Assembly (NCBI GenBank): GCA_951406725.2
Contig: OX597824.1
Location: 27,776,001 to 27,840,000 of the forward strand
Reading direction: 5' to 3'
DNA length: 64,000 bases
DNA from: Octopus vulgaris
Lineage: Eukaryota
Under the pieces are notes generated by a model. It saw only the letters and a program-made list of their open reading frames with translations, had not been told where the DNA came from and did not search any database. The position numbers and the translations under genes are program-made. This document shows, in pieces, positions 41,930-57,456 of the stretch; within the stretch, counting starts at the first letter, position 1, and each line of letters begins with the position of its first letter.

Positions 41930-42120
41930 TTCGCTGAAAGCAGTTTGGACAGAGGCGATATTTCTTCTGTCTTTGCGTTCTGATTTCAAATTCTGCCGGG
42001 TTCGACTTTGCCTTTCATCTTTTCGGGGTCGATAAATTAAGTACCAGTTGCATCTGGTGTCGATCTAATCAACTGGCCCCCTGCTCAAAAATTTAGGAGA
42101 GGAGGCCAGATTAGAAAAGA
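41930..42120 (+). mobile_element. SINE family B, diverged
   Basis: ttcaaattctgccgggttcgactttgcctttcatcttttcggggtcgataaattaagtacc. Confidence 0.75.
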
Positions 42121-42169
42121 ATACGTACACGTAAATTCATATATACATAAATACATGCATTCATACATA

Positions 42170-42563
42170 TCTTTATATATAAAAGTAAGGTTGTGTGTCT
42201 GTCTCCTACGATTTAGATTCCTAACTACTCCCACATTTTGTGGTGCAGTTTAACCAAAACCGGGTATCTTATAGTCGTGATTCATATCGAGCCCTTCTGG
42301 GTATTAGCGCACGTCTACGATGAGTCTACGATTAAAAAAAAATTACCATCATTTTTTCCATTTTAATGCATTTTTTCCATATTATATAAGGGAAGTAACT
42401 CTCTAAAAATGTCTACGATGAGTCAACGATTTAAAAAAAAATTACCATAATTTTTTTTCCATTTTTAATGCATTTTTTTGCTATTTTTTGGCTATAACTT
42501 TCTAAAAATGCTTATATAGTTATTTCCCTTACAAACCGGGGCAACGGCGGGCGATACTGCTAG
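42170..42563 (+). mobile_element. Non-autonomous Helitron
   Basis: A^TCTTTATATATAAAAG ... ccgggcaacggcggg-cgatactg-CTAG^T; near-identical to the reverse complement of 24792-25193. Confidence 0.85.
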
Positions 42564-42679
42564 TATATATATATATATATAGACACAGACACCACTTCAC
42601 GCACACATATATTTTGCTCTTTATATTTTACAAGTTACAATCTAACGAATTGACCTCAGCATTCTTCTTTTTTTTCTTT

Positions 42680-43093
42680 GAGACTGGTACTTATTCTCCT
42701 CATACCGCTAATTTACAGGGACGAAATATACCAATACACTTATCAAGAGGCAGTGGACAAATGCTGACACAAAGACACACGTACACACACACACGTGTGT
42801 GTATATACATACATACATACATACATACATACATACATACATACATACATCCATCCATCCATCCATCCATACATACATACATACATACATACATACATAC
42901 ATACATACATACATACATGATACATGCGACGGTCTTTTACATTCCGTCAACCAGATCCACGCACAACGATTTCGTCGGCCCAAGTGTGTAGTACAAGACA
43001 CTTAACCAGTGTCTGTCGTAGTGGGACTGAACCCAGGTCCATTGTGATTGGACAGCAAATCTCTTGTCACACAGCCACCTCTCCACCTGCGCC
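42680..43093 (-). mobile_element. SINE family A, diverged
   Basis: gtgggactgaaccc...cacacagccacct..tgcgcct head. Confidence 0.7.
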
Positions 43094-43505
43094 TATATGT
43101 TTGTGTATGTATATAAACATGCATCTGCACGCAGGCATGCATATGTATCTATGTATCTATCTATCTGTGTGTGTGTACGCGCGCGCACGATTAAAAGCGC
43201 CATTTGTGTTCTATTTTTATACCTACAACATACCCGGAACCAACCCCGGTTCAGATGGATTTAGCACGTACATGTCTACAGTATACTACCAACACGTCAC
43301 AACCTCATTGTTGTTTAGCTCACTATAAACTCTATGTGATCATACCTAGCCAATTCGGCGCTCTACCTGTGCCTGTGCCTAGGTTCTATTGAATCCTAAT
43401 AGCTAATTAAAGAACTGGATGTGTAGGGGTGTATAAATATTTATGGATATCTATCAAATCTATCTATCTATTTATCAATCGATCGATCTATCTTTGATGC
43501 ACAAT

Positions 43506-43658
43506 CTCTATTGATCGGCCCCACTTTTTTTTTCACGATCCCTTTTGATTGGAATTGGACCCTTGTTTTTCTTTTCCTCCCCTTCTACCCCAAAAGAAAA
43601 GCTCTACTTTGTATTTTGTCCTTTGTGTGTTCATCCCTACATGGCCAGTAAAGAAATC
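43506..43658 (+). mobile_element. L1/Tx1-like 3'UTR fragment within (TATC)n
   Basis: cgatccc..ccccaaaagaaaagctctactttgta...agtaaagaaa(tatc)n, homologous to 41322-41540. Confidence 0.55.
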
Positions 43659-43685
43659 TATCTATCTATCTGTCTATCTCTCTCT

Positions 43686-43766
<81 letters not shown>

Positions 43767-44825
43767 GATCTATACATACATACATACATACATACATACA
43801 TACATACATACATACATACATACATACATACATACATACCTATACACGTGTGTGTGCATATTTATATGTATATATGTATCTATATATGCGTGTGTGTGTG
43901 TTTCTATGAACGTACATATATTCATGTATAAATATAGGGAAATTGAGAGTGGAAGAGGGAGAGAAAGTGAGAAAAGAAGAGTTGGGAGAGAGAAAGTGAG
44001 GTGCGGACAAAAATAAATATGGTAACGAAGTAAAATTAAAGAGGGAATTTGGCGGCAAATTTGACTATGCTCTAAAATTGGAATGCATCGTAGAAGAATG
44101 ACATAGTGTATGTACATAGTATGGGGAACAGAGAAATAGAGCAGAGCCGAGAGAAAGATGAAATTGTGGGAGAGGTAGAAATGTGTGAGTGAGAGAGAAT
44201 GATGCAGGAAACGAAAGTGAGAGAGAGAGAGGTGAATGAGAGTGGGAGTGAAAGAGTTTGTGTGTGTATGTGTATCTGTATTTATGTGTGTGAATGCGTG
44301 TTTTCGATGCAATGAGAAAAGGAGATAGAGAATTGTGAGATTGTGTTGTGAGAGATGAACATGAAGGTAGAAATATAGATAGAGATAAAGAAATAAGGAC
44401 AACGGGGAAAAAACTGAATAACGAGGATATGGTAGAAGAGAGAATGAAGGAATGTCAGAATGAAGGTTTGTTGTAATCGATGAAGGGATTGAAGGAATCG
44501 ATGACAGTTTAAGGAATGAAATAAATAATAAAAGAATGGGTGATTTGAATAGGTAATTAGAATGAAAAACCCAAACATGATGATGGAATGATGAGAGTGA
44601 AAGAAGAAAAGGAATGAATTAAATCAAGAATAAAATGATGAATGAACGAAATAAAAAAAAGGGACAAAAGTATTTAAGAACAACAGGGTGAAGGAAAAAG
44701 TTAAAGGAATGTTAAAAAATTGAATGAATGGAGGAATGAAATGGGTAAAAGACTGAAAGGAAGAATAAAATTACAAGAAGGAAAATTAAGGAACGAATAA
44801 AAAGAATGAAAAGGCAGAGCGTGAG

Positions 44826-44908
<83 letters not shown>

Positions 44909-45076
44909 GTAAAATAAACAAGGAAACATAACTAGCGAAAGAGAAAAATAATGATAGATTTAAAGGGCAAAGCGTGAAAGAACATTAAGAGGAAGAGGAC
45001 GACCAAAAATGGCGGATAGAATGATGGTGGAGTTGGAGAAATAAGATAATGAAGATGAGAAACAGCAACAAAAATA

Positions 45077-45134
<58 letters not shown>

Positions 45135-45135
45135 T

Positions 45136-45197
<62 letters not shown>

Positions 45198-45348
45198 TGA
45201 GTAAAAAAGAAAGGTTGAGAAAACACAGAAGAAATGTTAGAATATAATCATGTTTGAAAATAAGACGAGGTATTCATAAAAGATGTTGTGATCGTGTTGG
45301 TAATTGTTGTGTTGTGCATCTATATGATCGTGGTGGTAGTGGTGATAG

Positions 45349-45400
<52 letters not shown>

Positions 45401-45562
45401 CGTGGTGGTGGTGGTGGTGGTTATGGTGGTGTCGCTGATGTTTGTCAAATATATTAAAATATAAAGACGACGATAATAATAAATTTAAATGAATATAGAA
45501 ATATAAAGGAATGCTAGAGAGAAATTTGACTAAAATTTAATGAAGGAAATATTATATGCATA

Positions 45563-45609
<47 letters not shown>

Positions 45610-45655
45610 TTATTATGTATATATGTATATGAGTGATATTTATGTGTGTGCATAT

Positions 45656-45689
<34 letters not shown>

Positions 45690-45975
45690 CATATATGCGT
45701 GTTTTATGATGCCATATTTTTGCATGGATACGTGCTTGTCTGTAAGTGATTGTTCGTGTATGTGTATGTACGTGTACGTATGGTTAATATACAGAAACAG
45801 CACGGGAAGATGAGTGGAGAGGAAGAGAATGTAAGAACAGTGATATGCTCCTGCTGCTGCTGCTGCTACTGATGATGATGATGATGATGTTGATATCCAC
45901 GACGTCGACAATGGCGATGTTGATGACGTTGATGATGTACATGATGATGCCAGTGAAGACGAAGAAGAAGAAGAA

Positions 45976-46007
<32 letters not shown>

Positions 46008-46081
46008 AGAAGAAAAAGTAGAAGTAGACGAAGAAGAAAAAAAGAAGAAGAAGAAGTAGGTGAAGAAGAAAAAAAGAAGAT

Positions 46082-46301
46082 GAATTCAACAAGAAGAAAA
46101 CCTGAAGGAGGAGGAGGAGCAAGAAAAGAAAAAAAACATAAGAAGTAAAGGAAAAGAAGATAAAGATGAAGAGGAGAAGAAGAAGAAGAAGAAGAAGAAG
46201 AAAAAGAAGAGGAATTCAACAAGAAGAAAACCTGAAGGAGGAGGAGGAGCAAGAAAAGAAAAAAAACATAAGAAGTAAAGGAAAAGAAGATAAAGATGAA
46301 G
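46082..46301. repeat. Tandem duplication (130-bp period) within a (GAA)n tract
   Basis: gaattcaacaagaagaaaacctgaaggaggaggaggagcaagaaaag...aaagatgaag at 46082 and 46212. Confidence 0.85.
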
Positions 46302-46715
46302 AGAAGAAGAAGAAGAAGAAGAAGAAGAAGAAGAAGAAGAAGAAGAAGAAGAAGAAGAAGAAGAAGAAGAAGAAAAGGTAGACAGAAAAGAAAGAAAGAA
46401 TGACGGATTAAAGAGAAAACGAATGGGACGAAGGATGTAGGAAATGCAAAAAAAAAAAACTGCGAATGAGAGAGTGAACGAACGAAGGAACGAATGAATG
46501 AAAGAGTGTTGAGAATGAGAGAATGAGTGAGTGATTAAGTGGAAGTCAGAGTAGAAGAAAACGAAGGGCTGACAATGGTAGGATCTCAATCATTATCATT
46601 AATGACTAAGAATTACACGCTATTATCCAATTTACATTCTCTAACTGACAGATTGGCAAAATCAATTTCACGCCATTAACACGTAATCTAATAAAAGCAA
46701 GAAATTTTCAATCGA

Positions 46716-48060
<1,345 letters not shown>

Positions 48061-48800
48061 GTGGTTATTCCAATAAACATTATGTTGTCACTGCTATTCT
48101 CTTGATCGATCTTCAATAGAGTAACAATAATTGGTCATGCTAAATTATCTCACGTGACATCTCGGCCATGATGGTAAAACTGTTCGGCTTTTCTGTGGCA
48201 GTGAAAGAAACTCTATGGCCATAATTCTATTGCCAAGTGGATTAATTCATTTTCCTTTTGTGTGTAAATATTTCTGTTTTTCAGAAATTTTGTCCTTGAA
48301 GTATGACGCAATATAATTGCATCATATTCAATGTTAAACGAAAATGAATACAGTTCGTTTCTACTTCCAATCATCGTCGTTTTCTTTTTCTATAATCCTG
48401 GGACACATAATAGCGATTTCCCGATTTCCATGGGGTATAAATGACCGAGATCACAACAAAGCCTCCAAATGAGAAAAACTGCTTGTTGCAATAGTTGAAA
48501 GCGTGAAATTCTGAGACTAGGGGTTAAGTTTCTAGCATTTAATTCAGTACTTAATTGGCACCTTATTTTATCGACCTTGAATATATGAACAGCAAATTTG
48601 ACCTTGTCGGAATTTCAACGCAGTCCATAAACAGACGGTTAAAATGCCGTTAAATATATTGTCCGATATCCTAAGGATTCCACCAGCTCAATACCTACAA
48701 TATGGTTTAGTATTGTATAATCCTCAATAAAAACAGACATTCGAAATCAATCAGCTTATATTTATCATGTATACTATTATATATATAAATATATATTTAT

Positions 48801-48867
<67 letters not shown>

Positions 48868-48870
48868 GGT

Positions 48871-49172
48871 GGAGGCGCAATGCGCAGTGATTAGGGAAGC
48901 GGACTCGCAGTCGTAGGATCGCGGTTTTGATACCCAGACCGGGCGCTGTGAGTGCTTATTGAGCGAAAACACCTAAAGCTCCACGAGGCTCCGGCGGGGA
49001 GTAGTGCCGATCACTGCTGTACTCTTTCGCCACAACTTTCTAACTCTTTCGACTGTTTGCCCGCTCGCTTAGCCAGCGGTGTGGCGTCATTTGAAGGCTA
49101 AAACAATGCGAAGTGCACTGTGACCAGCGATGTGTAGCAACATCTGATGGCCTGGTCGGTCACGGTGATCAT
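48871..49172 (+). mobile_element. SINE family C, tail type 3
   Basis: Family C head and body, then ctcgcttagccagcggtgtggcgtc...ggtcggtcacggtgatc. Confidence 0.8.
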
Positions 49173-49174
49173 GT

Positions 49175-49207
<33 letters not shown>

Positions 49208-49294
49208 AGATTTTGACAAGAGATGAATGGAATATAACTACTATATCTAGTAGATCAGCGTGTGTAACTACAACAGGCAAACTTATATATATCA

Positions 49295-49525
49295 TTTATC
49301 TTTTATCTTTTACTTGCTTTAGTAATTGAACTGCGGTCATGCTGGGGCACCACCTTGGATTTTCATTTTTCTATTTTTAGTCGAATGAATCGACACCTGT
49401 ACTTTTTAATGCCTGATACTTATTTCATCGGTCGCTTTTGCCGAACCGCTAAAATTTCGTGACGCAATTACACTCACACCAGTTGTCAAGCGGTAGTGGG
49501 TGGACAAACAGACAGAAAGACACAC

Positions 49526-49587
<62 letters not shown>

Positions 49588-50200
49588 TACGGAATCATTT
49601 CAGTTTCCGTCTACCATATCTACTGACAAAGATTTGGTGGGGCCGATGTTAAAGTAGAAGACACTCGTCGAAGGTGACACGCAGTGGGACTGAAACTGGA
49701 ACTATGTGGTTCGAAACCAAACTTCTTACCACACAGCCACGCCATATCCTTTATTGAATTCTATCAAAATTCCATTGAATGATTACGCTCTCTCGTTTAT
49801 TATTTTACTTGTTTCAGTCATTTGACTGTGGCCATGCTGGAGCACCGCCTTTATTCGAGAAAATCGACCCCACAACGTATTCTTTGTAAGCTTAGTACAT
49901 ATTCTTTCGGGCTCTTTTGTCGAACCGCTAAGTTACGGTGGCGTAAACACACCAGCAGAGGTTGTCAAGCGATGTTGGTGGGACAAACACAGACACACAA
50001 ACATATACACACACACATACATATATACATACATACATACATACATATAGACGATGGGATTCTTTCAGTTTCCGTCTACCAAATCAACTCACAAGGCTTT
50101 GGTCGACCCGAGGCTATAGTAGAAGACAGTTGCCTAAGGGGACTGAACGCGGAACCATGTGGTTGGTAAACAAGCTACTAACCACACAACCACTCCTACG
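49295..50200 (-). mobile_element. Two tandem SINE family A copies (49295-49745, 49800-50200)
   Basis: Both have the tail, internal microsatellite and accacacagccac-type head. Confidence 0.85.
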
Positions 50201-50766
50201 TATATTGAACAAAATATTGGGACATTTCCCAGCATTACTTACGTCTTTGTAAGTAACTTTCAACCAGAACGACGTTTTCCATGATGAGAAAATACATTTG
50301 TGGACATTTGTGTAGATTCTTGACAATATACTGCTTCCAAGGCATACATCAAAACCCAGAAACTCTCCAGTTCATGCAGAGTTAACTAAATATGGTCGGT
50401 GAGGGTTAAGTGAAGGAGAGATAAAGTAGTGATCTCATTAGATGCTATTTAATTTCTAATTCAACGAAATGCGTTGAGAAGCTTCAACCGATGTCGATAA
50501 GAACAGCTCTATTGATTTTCATTGTCTGATCCATAATTATAACCATATTCGTTGTATCTGTGTTGAGGGCAGGCTTTATCTAACATTTATCACATGCATT
50601 CATTTCGTAATCCTTATTTAAAGGTACTAAGGCATTTCTTAATGTACCCATATAATATTTTTTGAATAGTGACGGGGCTGGGCTATAGAGAGAAAAGAGA
50701 ACGAAATCTTAAAGATGTTCAAATTAAAAAAAAATTTCCATGAACTCGAAACGTCCAGCTTTGCCT

Positions 50767-50798
<32 letters not shown>

Positions 50799-50888
50799 TG
50801 TATGTATGTATGTATGTATGTATGTATGTATGTATGTATGTATGTATGTATGTATGTATGTATGCATGCATGTATGTATGTATGTATG

Positions 50889-50922
<34 letters not shown>

Positions 50923-50940
50923 TGTATCTATCTATCTATG

Positions 50941-50980
<40 letters not shown>

Positions 50981-51204
50981 GATCTACCTATCGATCGATC
51001 TATCTGCCTGTTTATCTGTCTGTGTGACCGTTCGTCTGTTTTTCTGCTTTTTTGTTTGTTTTTCTATATATCTATCAGTGCTTTTGTGTGTGTGTGTGTA
51101 TGTGTTTTGTATGTGTGTGAGGGTCTACATGTGCTTCTGAATAACTTAGTCTGCATTGCTCTAGCCATAGTTCACTGAGTACAATCTTAGATTATCGATG
51201 GCGT

Positions 51205-51221
51205 AAATAATAATAATAATA

Positions 51222-51317
<96 letters not shown>

Positions 51318-51389
51318 GTAATAGTAATAGTAATAATAATGATAAGGATAATAATAGTAATAGTAATAGTAATAATAATAATAATAGTA

Positions 51390-51464
<75 letters not shown>

Positions 51465-51494
51465 GTAATAGTAATAGTAATAATAACGATAATG

Positions 51495-51587
<93 letters not shown>
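51205..51587. repeat. (TAA)n microsatellite
   Basis: ~380 bp. Confidence 0.95.
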
Positions 51588-51588
<1 letters not shown>

Positions 51589-52094
51589 TTGTTTTTTAAC
51601 TTTCTTATTTTGTTGGTTGTAATTTCGCTGACATCTATTTATCTCTTCTATGCTTGCCGATAGTAATTTTTCCATTAGCTTCTTTCTTACTTCTATGGCT
51701 GGTAGTATCTCTTGTGATATCCACGTCTTATTATTTCTGTTTACACACCCTACGCATTTTTCTAATAATGAAATAAAAGCATCCTTAATTTTCGACTAAG
51801 TGTGTTCGATTGTGTTGCCTTGCATCCTTGTTACTTGCATTAAACTGCATAATAATTCTTTTCTGTATTTTATTTGGGTGTCTTCGGTTTTTAGTAAATC
51901 GACATTGTATTTTCGTTGACCCCTACATTCCTCTTTTAAATCCCTGAACTTCAGTTGTAGTTTGCCAAATAGTAGGTGGTGGTCAGAGGCTGCATCAGCC
52001 CCTCTTTTTACCCTAACATCTAACAGTGATCTCCTGAACTTGCAGCTTAAACAGATGTGATCGATCTGATTTTGCGTTTTCAGATCTGGCGAGT
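51588..52094 (-). mobile_element. RTE-clade LINE fragment: end of APE endonuclease plus linker
   Basis: SPDLKTQNQIDHICLSCKFRRSLLDVRVKRGADAASDHHLLFGKLQLK (NQIDH/SDH APE motifs), continuing past a stop to KTWISQE..RKK..NKKVKK. Confidence 0.9.
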
Positions 52095-52126
52095 TTACGT
52101 ATTTAGCTAATAAGATAACGTTTTCA

Positions 52127-52280
52127 GGCGGCACCGACGAAGATATTAAGACGAGAATAAGTAAGGAAAGGACAGCTTTTCACCTGTTAAAGAAAGTATG
52201 GAGCGCAAGTGTAATTTCAATAAAGAACAAAATAAGAATTTTCTAACACAAATGTAAAAGCGGTGTTATTGTATGGGGCT
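52127..52280 (+). mobile_element. RTE-clade LINE fragment: post-RT region, inverted relative to the neighbouring fragment
   Basis: GGTDEDIKTRISKERTAFHLLKKVWSASVISIKNKIRIF/(fs)TNVKAVLLYGA. Confidence 0.85.
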
Positions 52281-52299
52281 GCGTATGTATGTGTGCGCG

Positions 52300-52660
52300 C
52301 GTGTGTCTCTATATGTGTGTGACTATGTGTTTGTGTGTTTGTGATTTTACTCAAAACACTTGACAACTCTTGTTGGTTTGTTTACGTTTCCGTAACGTAG
52401 CGGTTCGGCAAAAGTGACCGACAGAATAAAAACCAGACTTAAAAATAGGTACTGGTATTCAACCGTTATGGTGGTTACATTTATCACATAGATTCATTTC
52501 GTAATCCCAATTTAGAGGTACTAAGGCATGTCTTAATGTAACTATATAACATTTTTTGAATAATGACGAGGCTGGGCTATCAGAGAGAAAAGAAATCGAT
52601 TACAATCCTTCAAGGCAGTCCTCCAGCATGGCTGCAGTCCGGTGATTGGAACAAGTAAAT
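52300..52660 (+). mobile_element. SINE family A 3' half interrupted by a ~135-bp insertion
   Basis: ccgtaacgtagcggttcggcaaaag...ggtactgg [insert] ccttcaaggcagtcctccagcatggctgcagtc...aacaagtaaa. Confidence 0.7.
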
Positions 52661-52896
52661 GTTGGCGATTTAAAGAAAACTTCATTCCGGGTGAATATTA
52701 CCCACATTTTGATGCAAGGTATAAGTTACGGATATATTTTGCGTATATTGATTCTCATTCGCATACAGGAGTACAGTGAAGCCGTTTTGAAATATCAATA
52801 CAGGGTGTTAAATGTAGATATGTTTCCCCGGGAACTTACCGAAACGTATGTTAGTAGATATTGCTGTAGATGTCTATCGATTCATATAGCTCATCG

Positions 52897-52986
<90 letters not shown>

Positions 52987-53070
52987 GTCTGTCTTTTGTC
53001 TGTCTCTCTGTCTGTCTTTTGTCTGTCTCTCTGTCTGTCTTTTGTCTGTCTCTCTGTCTGACTCTCTCTC

Positions 53071-53113
<43 letters not shown>

Positions 53114-53114
53114 T

Positions 53115-53762
53115 TTAATTCTTCTACGTGCTTCAGTCATCTGACTGCGGCCATGCTAGAACACCGCCTTTAGTAAAAAAATTCGAACCAAGGACTTATA
53201 CCTTGTAAGCTTATTACATATTCTATCGGCTCTTTTCGCCGAATCGCTAAGTTACGGGATTTAAACAGATCAACGTCGGTTGTCAAGCGATGGAGAGAGT
53301 GCAAACACAGACAGACCCACAAACACCAGCAACATATATACATACAGGACGGGCTTCTTTCAGTTTCTGTCTTCCAAATCCACTCACATAGCTTTGGTTG
53401 GCCCGAGGCTATAGTAGAAGACACTTGCCCAAGGTGCCTAAGGTGACCATGTGGTTGGGAGCCGTCTTCTTACCATAAAGTCATGCATGGGCCTATATTT
53501 GTATTTTCTTCTTTTCTTCTTTTACTTGTTTCAGTCATTTGACTGCAGCCATAATGGAAGGAATCTTTTAAAGTCATGGACCGATTAAAAACCGCCCGAT
53601 ATTATATATATATAAAGAGAGAGAGAGAGAAGTTATGAGAGGTAATGGTAATAAGTGGTATAGATAGACCGTAGTTAAGTTCGAGGTTCAGTGTATGTAT
53701 GTATGTATGTATGTATGTATGTATGTATGTATGTATGTATACACATAACCTGCCCCCTTATA

Positions 53763-53815
<53 letters not shown>

Positions 53816-53977
53816 CGACGCGCTTCTTTCAGTTACTGTTTACCAGATCCACTGACAAGGCTTCGGTCGGCACGAGGCTATAATAGAAAATACTTGAGCA
53901 AGGTTCCATGCAGTGAAACTGAACCCGGGACCATGTTATTGGAAAGCAAGTCTGTTACCACACAACCACTTCTGCAC
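53115..53977 (-). mobile_element. SINE family A copies (53115-53493; tail stub ~53515-53555; head 53815-53977)
   Basis: Family A motifs. Confidence 0.8.
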
Positions 53978-54470
53978 CTTTTTTTTTATAAATTTTTGAA
54001 CGGTGGATGATGTGGGGCACGGCAGCGACGACGGCAACGAGAACACGTGGAGAAACCGAGCGTGCGAAAAGACGAACGAACGGAACCTGCAGCTGCCGGC
54101 GGGCACGGGCGAGTGAACGAAAGAGAGAGTGGATACAGCCGGGACGTGAGGCAGAGTCCGACGATGACAGCAAAGGCACCGCAGACATGGCGGCGGCGGC
54201 ACATCGGAGACTCACCGGCCGTATAGGGTCAAGAGGCACGTGTCCGCATTGGCGATCTCTAAGCAGAAAAAAACTATGAGAACATCCTTTCCACACAAAT
54301 ACCTCGTCCGATCACCAACACCTATATATATCTGATATATATCTTTGTGCGTGTATGTATTGGCCTATGCATCCACAGGCATGCGCACCCCTCTCTCTTT
54401 CTCTCTCTTTCTCTCTCTCTCTCTCTATCTACCTATCTACCTCTCTCTCTCTCACTCTCTCCCTATATAC

Positions 54471-54536
<66 letters not shown>

Positions 54537-54819
54537 GCATACTTACATACATACATACAAACATACATACATATATACATACATACATACAAGCGACCAT
54601 CCACAGCCATACGCACACACACAGACACACACACAGACACTCACATACAGGAGCTCACGCACGCATACACACGCTCACACTCGCGCGCGCGCACACATAC
54701 ACACACACGTAAGTATTTGATTGCATATCGGAGAATAAATCTCGCGGGATTAATCCCATTGTGTTATAGATAATACATTACATGGCTTCTTTAGTTGCGC
54801 AAACACAAAGTCAATAATT

Positions 54820-54948
54820 ATTTTATATCATAATCATCATCATCATCGTCATCACCATCATGAACACCATCATCATCGTCGTCATCGTCGTCATCGTTGT
54901 CGTCTTCGTCATCATGATCATAATCGTGATCATCATGATCATCATCAT

Positions 54949-54980
<32 letters not shown>

Positions 54981-55169
54981 CCACTTCCATCATTCCCAAC
55001 GTTAATCACAATAATTAATATCGTAGATCTCATCGTCGTTGTGTTCGTTATGCTGCCACCGCTGTTGATAATGCTTATTGTCATGGTGATTGTAATAATG
55101 ATGATGAAAATGATGAAGATGATGATAATGATGATGATGATGACAATGACGATGATGATGGTGATGATA

Positions 55170-55204
<35 letters not shown>

Positions 55205-55207
55205 AAC

Positions 55208-55240
<33 letters not shown>

Positions 55241-55374
55241 AATGGTGATGATGATGATGATGACGATGACGGTGAAAGTGATGGCGATGTTGATGAAGGT
55301 GATGATAATGATGATGATGATGATGATGAAGATAATGATGGCGATGATGATAATTAAAATCATCGTCGTCGTCG

Positions 55375-55426
<52 letters not shown>

Positions 55427-55470
55427 CATCATCTTCATCGCCATCATCATAATCAACATCATCATCAACT
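54820..55470. repeat. (CAT)n/(GAT)n compound microsatellite, switching strand
   Basis: CAT block, GAT block, CAT block. Confidence 0.9.
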
Positions 55471-56870
55471 ACATGATGTCTCCATTAAATTATAACGATT
55501 TTTATTTTCTGAAATTTAATATTACTTGTAGACAGGCGCAGCAATAACGCACCACATAAACACACAAACACACACACAGACATACACACACACGCACACA
55601 CGCACGCACAAACACACACCCCTACATACTCACATACACCTACAGACACGCATACATTCGCTCACGAACGCAAAAACAATATGCATGTCTGTGTATGCGT
55701 TCGTATGTCCGCTTGTTTGTGTTTGTACGTGTATGCGTGTGCGTTCGTGTTTGTGCGGTTGTATACACACACGAATATAGCACGTGAACGCAAACACCCT
55801 AGAATATGCACGCATACATACACACATTCCCCATCAACCTGCCTGCCTTTTACTCTCCAATGCAAAAGCTTTTATTCAATCTTTCGCTCATTATCTTCTT
55901 CTAGTTTCCGTATTTCTCTTACATTTCATCAGTTTGACTGTCTGATCTCTCTCACTCTCTCTCTCTCTCTCACTCTCACTCTCTCAACCTCTCGCTCCTC
56001 CCCCCTCTCGCTCTCTTTCTCCTATTTCTCTTGTTCTCAGACACATGCACACACATACAAAAATCATACATAAACACGCACAAATCATGCATTCACACAT
56101 ACATACACTCACGCACTCGCATGCACAAAACAAAAACCCCCTTGTACAAACACGCACATACATACACACTGACTATTTTTATTAAACTATCGAAAGTCAT
56201 TTATCTCCTTTTAATTAGCAAAGATCTGATGTCTCTAAAGTGACGTTGCAATTTCCCGCTGTCCCATGAATAATGTAACACCGCTCTGGTGTATTCCTTC
56301 CTTACAGCAAACTACAGGCTCGACATTTATTCAGAGGGATACACAATATAATTAATATCAGCTCATTAGGATCACATTCCTTTCAATCATTCCCTTGTTC
56401 AAGCACTCTACCCTTTCGTCTCCCTTACCATCCCCTTTCTCTTTTTTCTCTCTCCCTCTTTCTGTCTCTCTTCCCCCCTCTCTCACACACATACACACTC
56501 TATTTACTTTCACTTTCACTATATATATTTCAGTGTCTGTTTCGCTTTCTCTCATTAATTTATTCTCACACAATTTTACTTTATTAAATATGCTTTCTCT
56601 ATTTAACACACTGTCTCCTTAACAAGATATCTCTCTGTAGCTAACCAACCAAGCAACCACCCCTCCCGCCCATCTTCTCTCACTCCCTCTCTCCAGTTAT
56701 CCATCCATTCATTCATCCATTCATCCACCCGAAGAAACATATTCAGTAATCGAACCATATGTATTCTTATTTGTATGTCGATTTTTAATCTCTTTTTCAA
56801 TGTCAGCCTGTTTGCTCATCTACTTATCTGCATGCCTACCCGCCTGTCTGTGTGTGTGTGTATATGTATG

Positions 56871-56913
<43 letters not shown>

Positions 56914-56915
56914 CT

Positions 56916-57013
<98 letters not shown>

Positions 57014-57061
57014 TTTTATTCTTTAGTCATTGGACTGCGGCTATGCTGGAGCACAACCTTA

Positions 57062-57275
57062 AGGGCTAAACAGAGAGAGGACAAACAAGGACAGACAGAC
57101 GGTTTAAGTCGATTATATCGATCCCAGTGCGTAACTGGTACTTATTTAATCGACCCCGAAAGGAAGAAAGTCGACTTCGGCGGAATTTGAACTCAGAACG
57201 TAGTGGTAGACCGGTAGACGAAATACCGCGAAGCATTTCACCCGGCGTGCTAACGTTTCTGCTAGCTCGCCGACT
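57062..57275 (-). mobile_element. SINE family B
   Basis: gtcgacttcggcggaatttgaactcagaacg...cccggcgtgctaacg. Confidence 0.85.
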
Positions 57276-57278
57276 TAC

Positions 57279-57336
<58 letters not shown>

Positions 57337-57392
57337 TAACAACAACAACAACAACAACAACAATAATAATAATAGTAATAATAATAATAATA

Positions 57393-57454
<62 letters not shown>

Positions 57455-57456
57455 TT

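Noticed and set aside
50340-50410. GGG-TTAA end suggesting a piggyBac terminus
   Set aside because: No matching opposite TIR found; too short to support.
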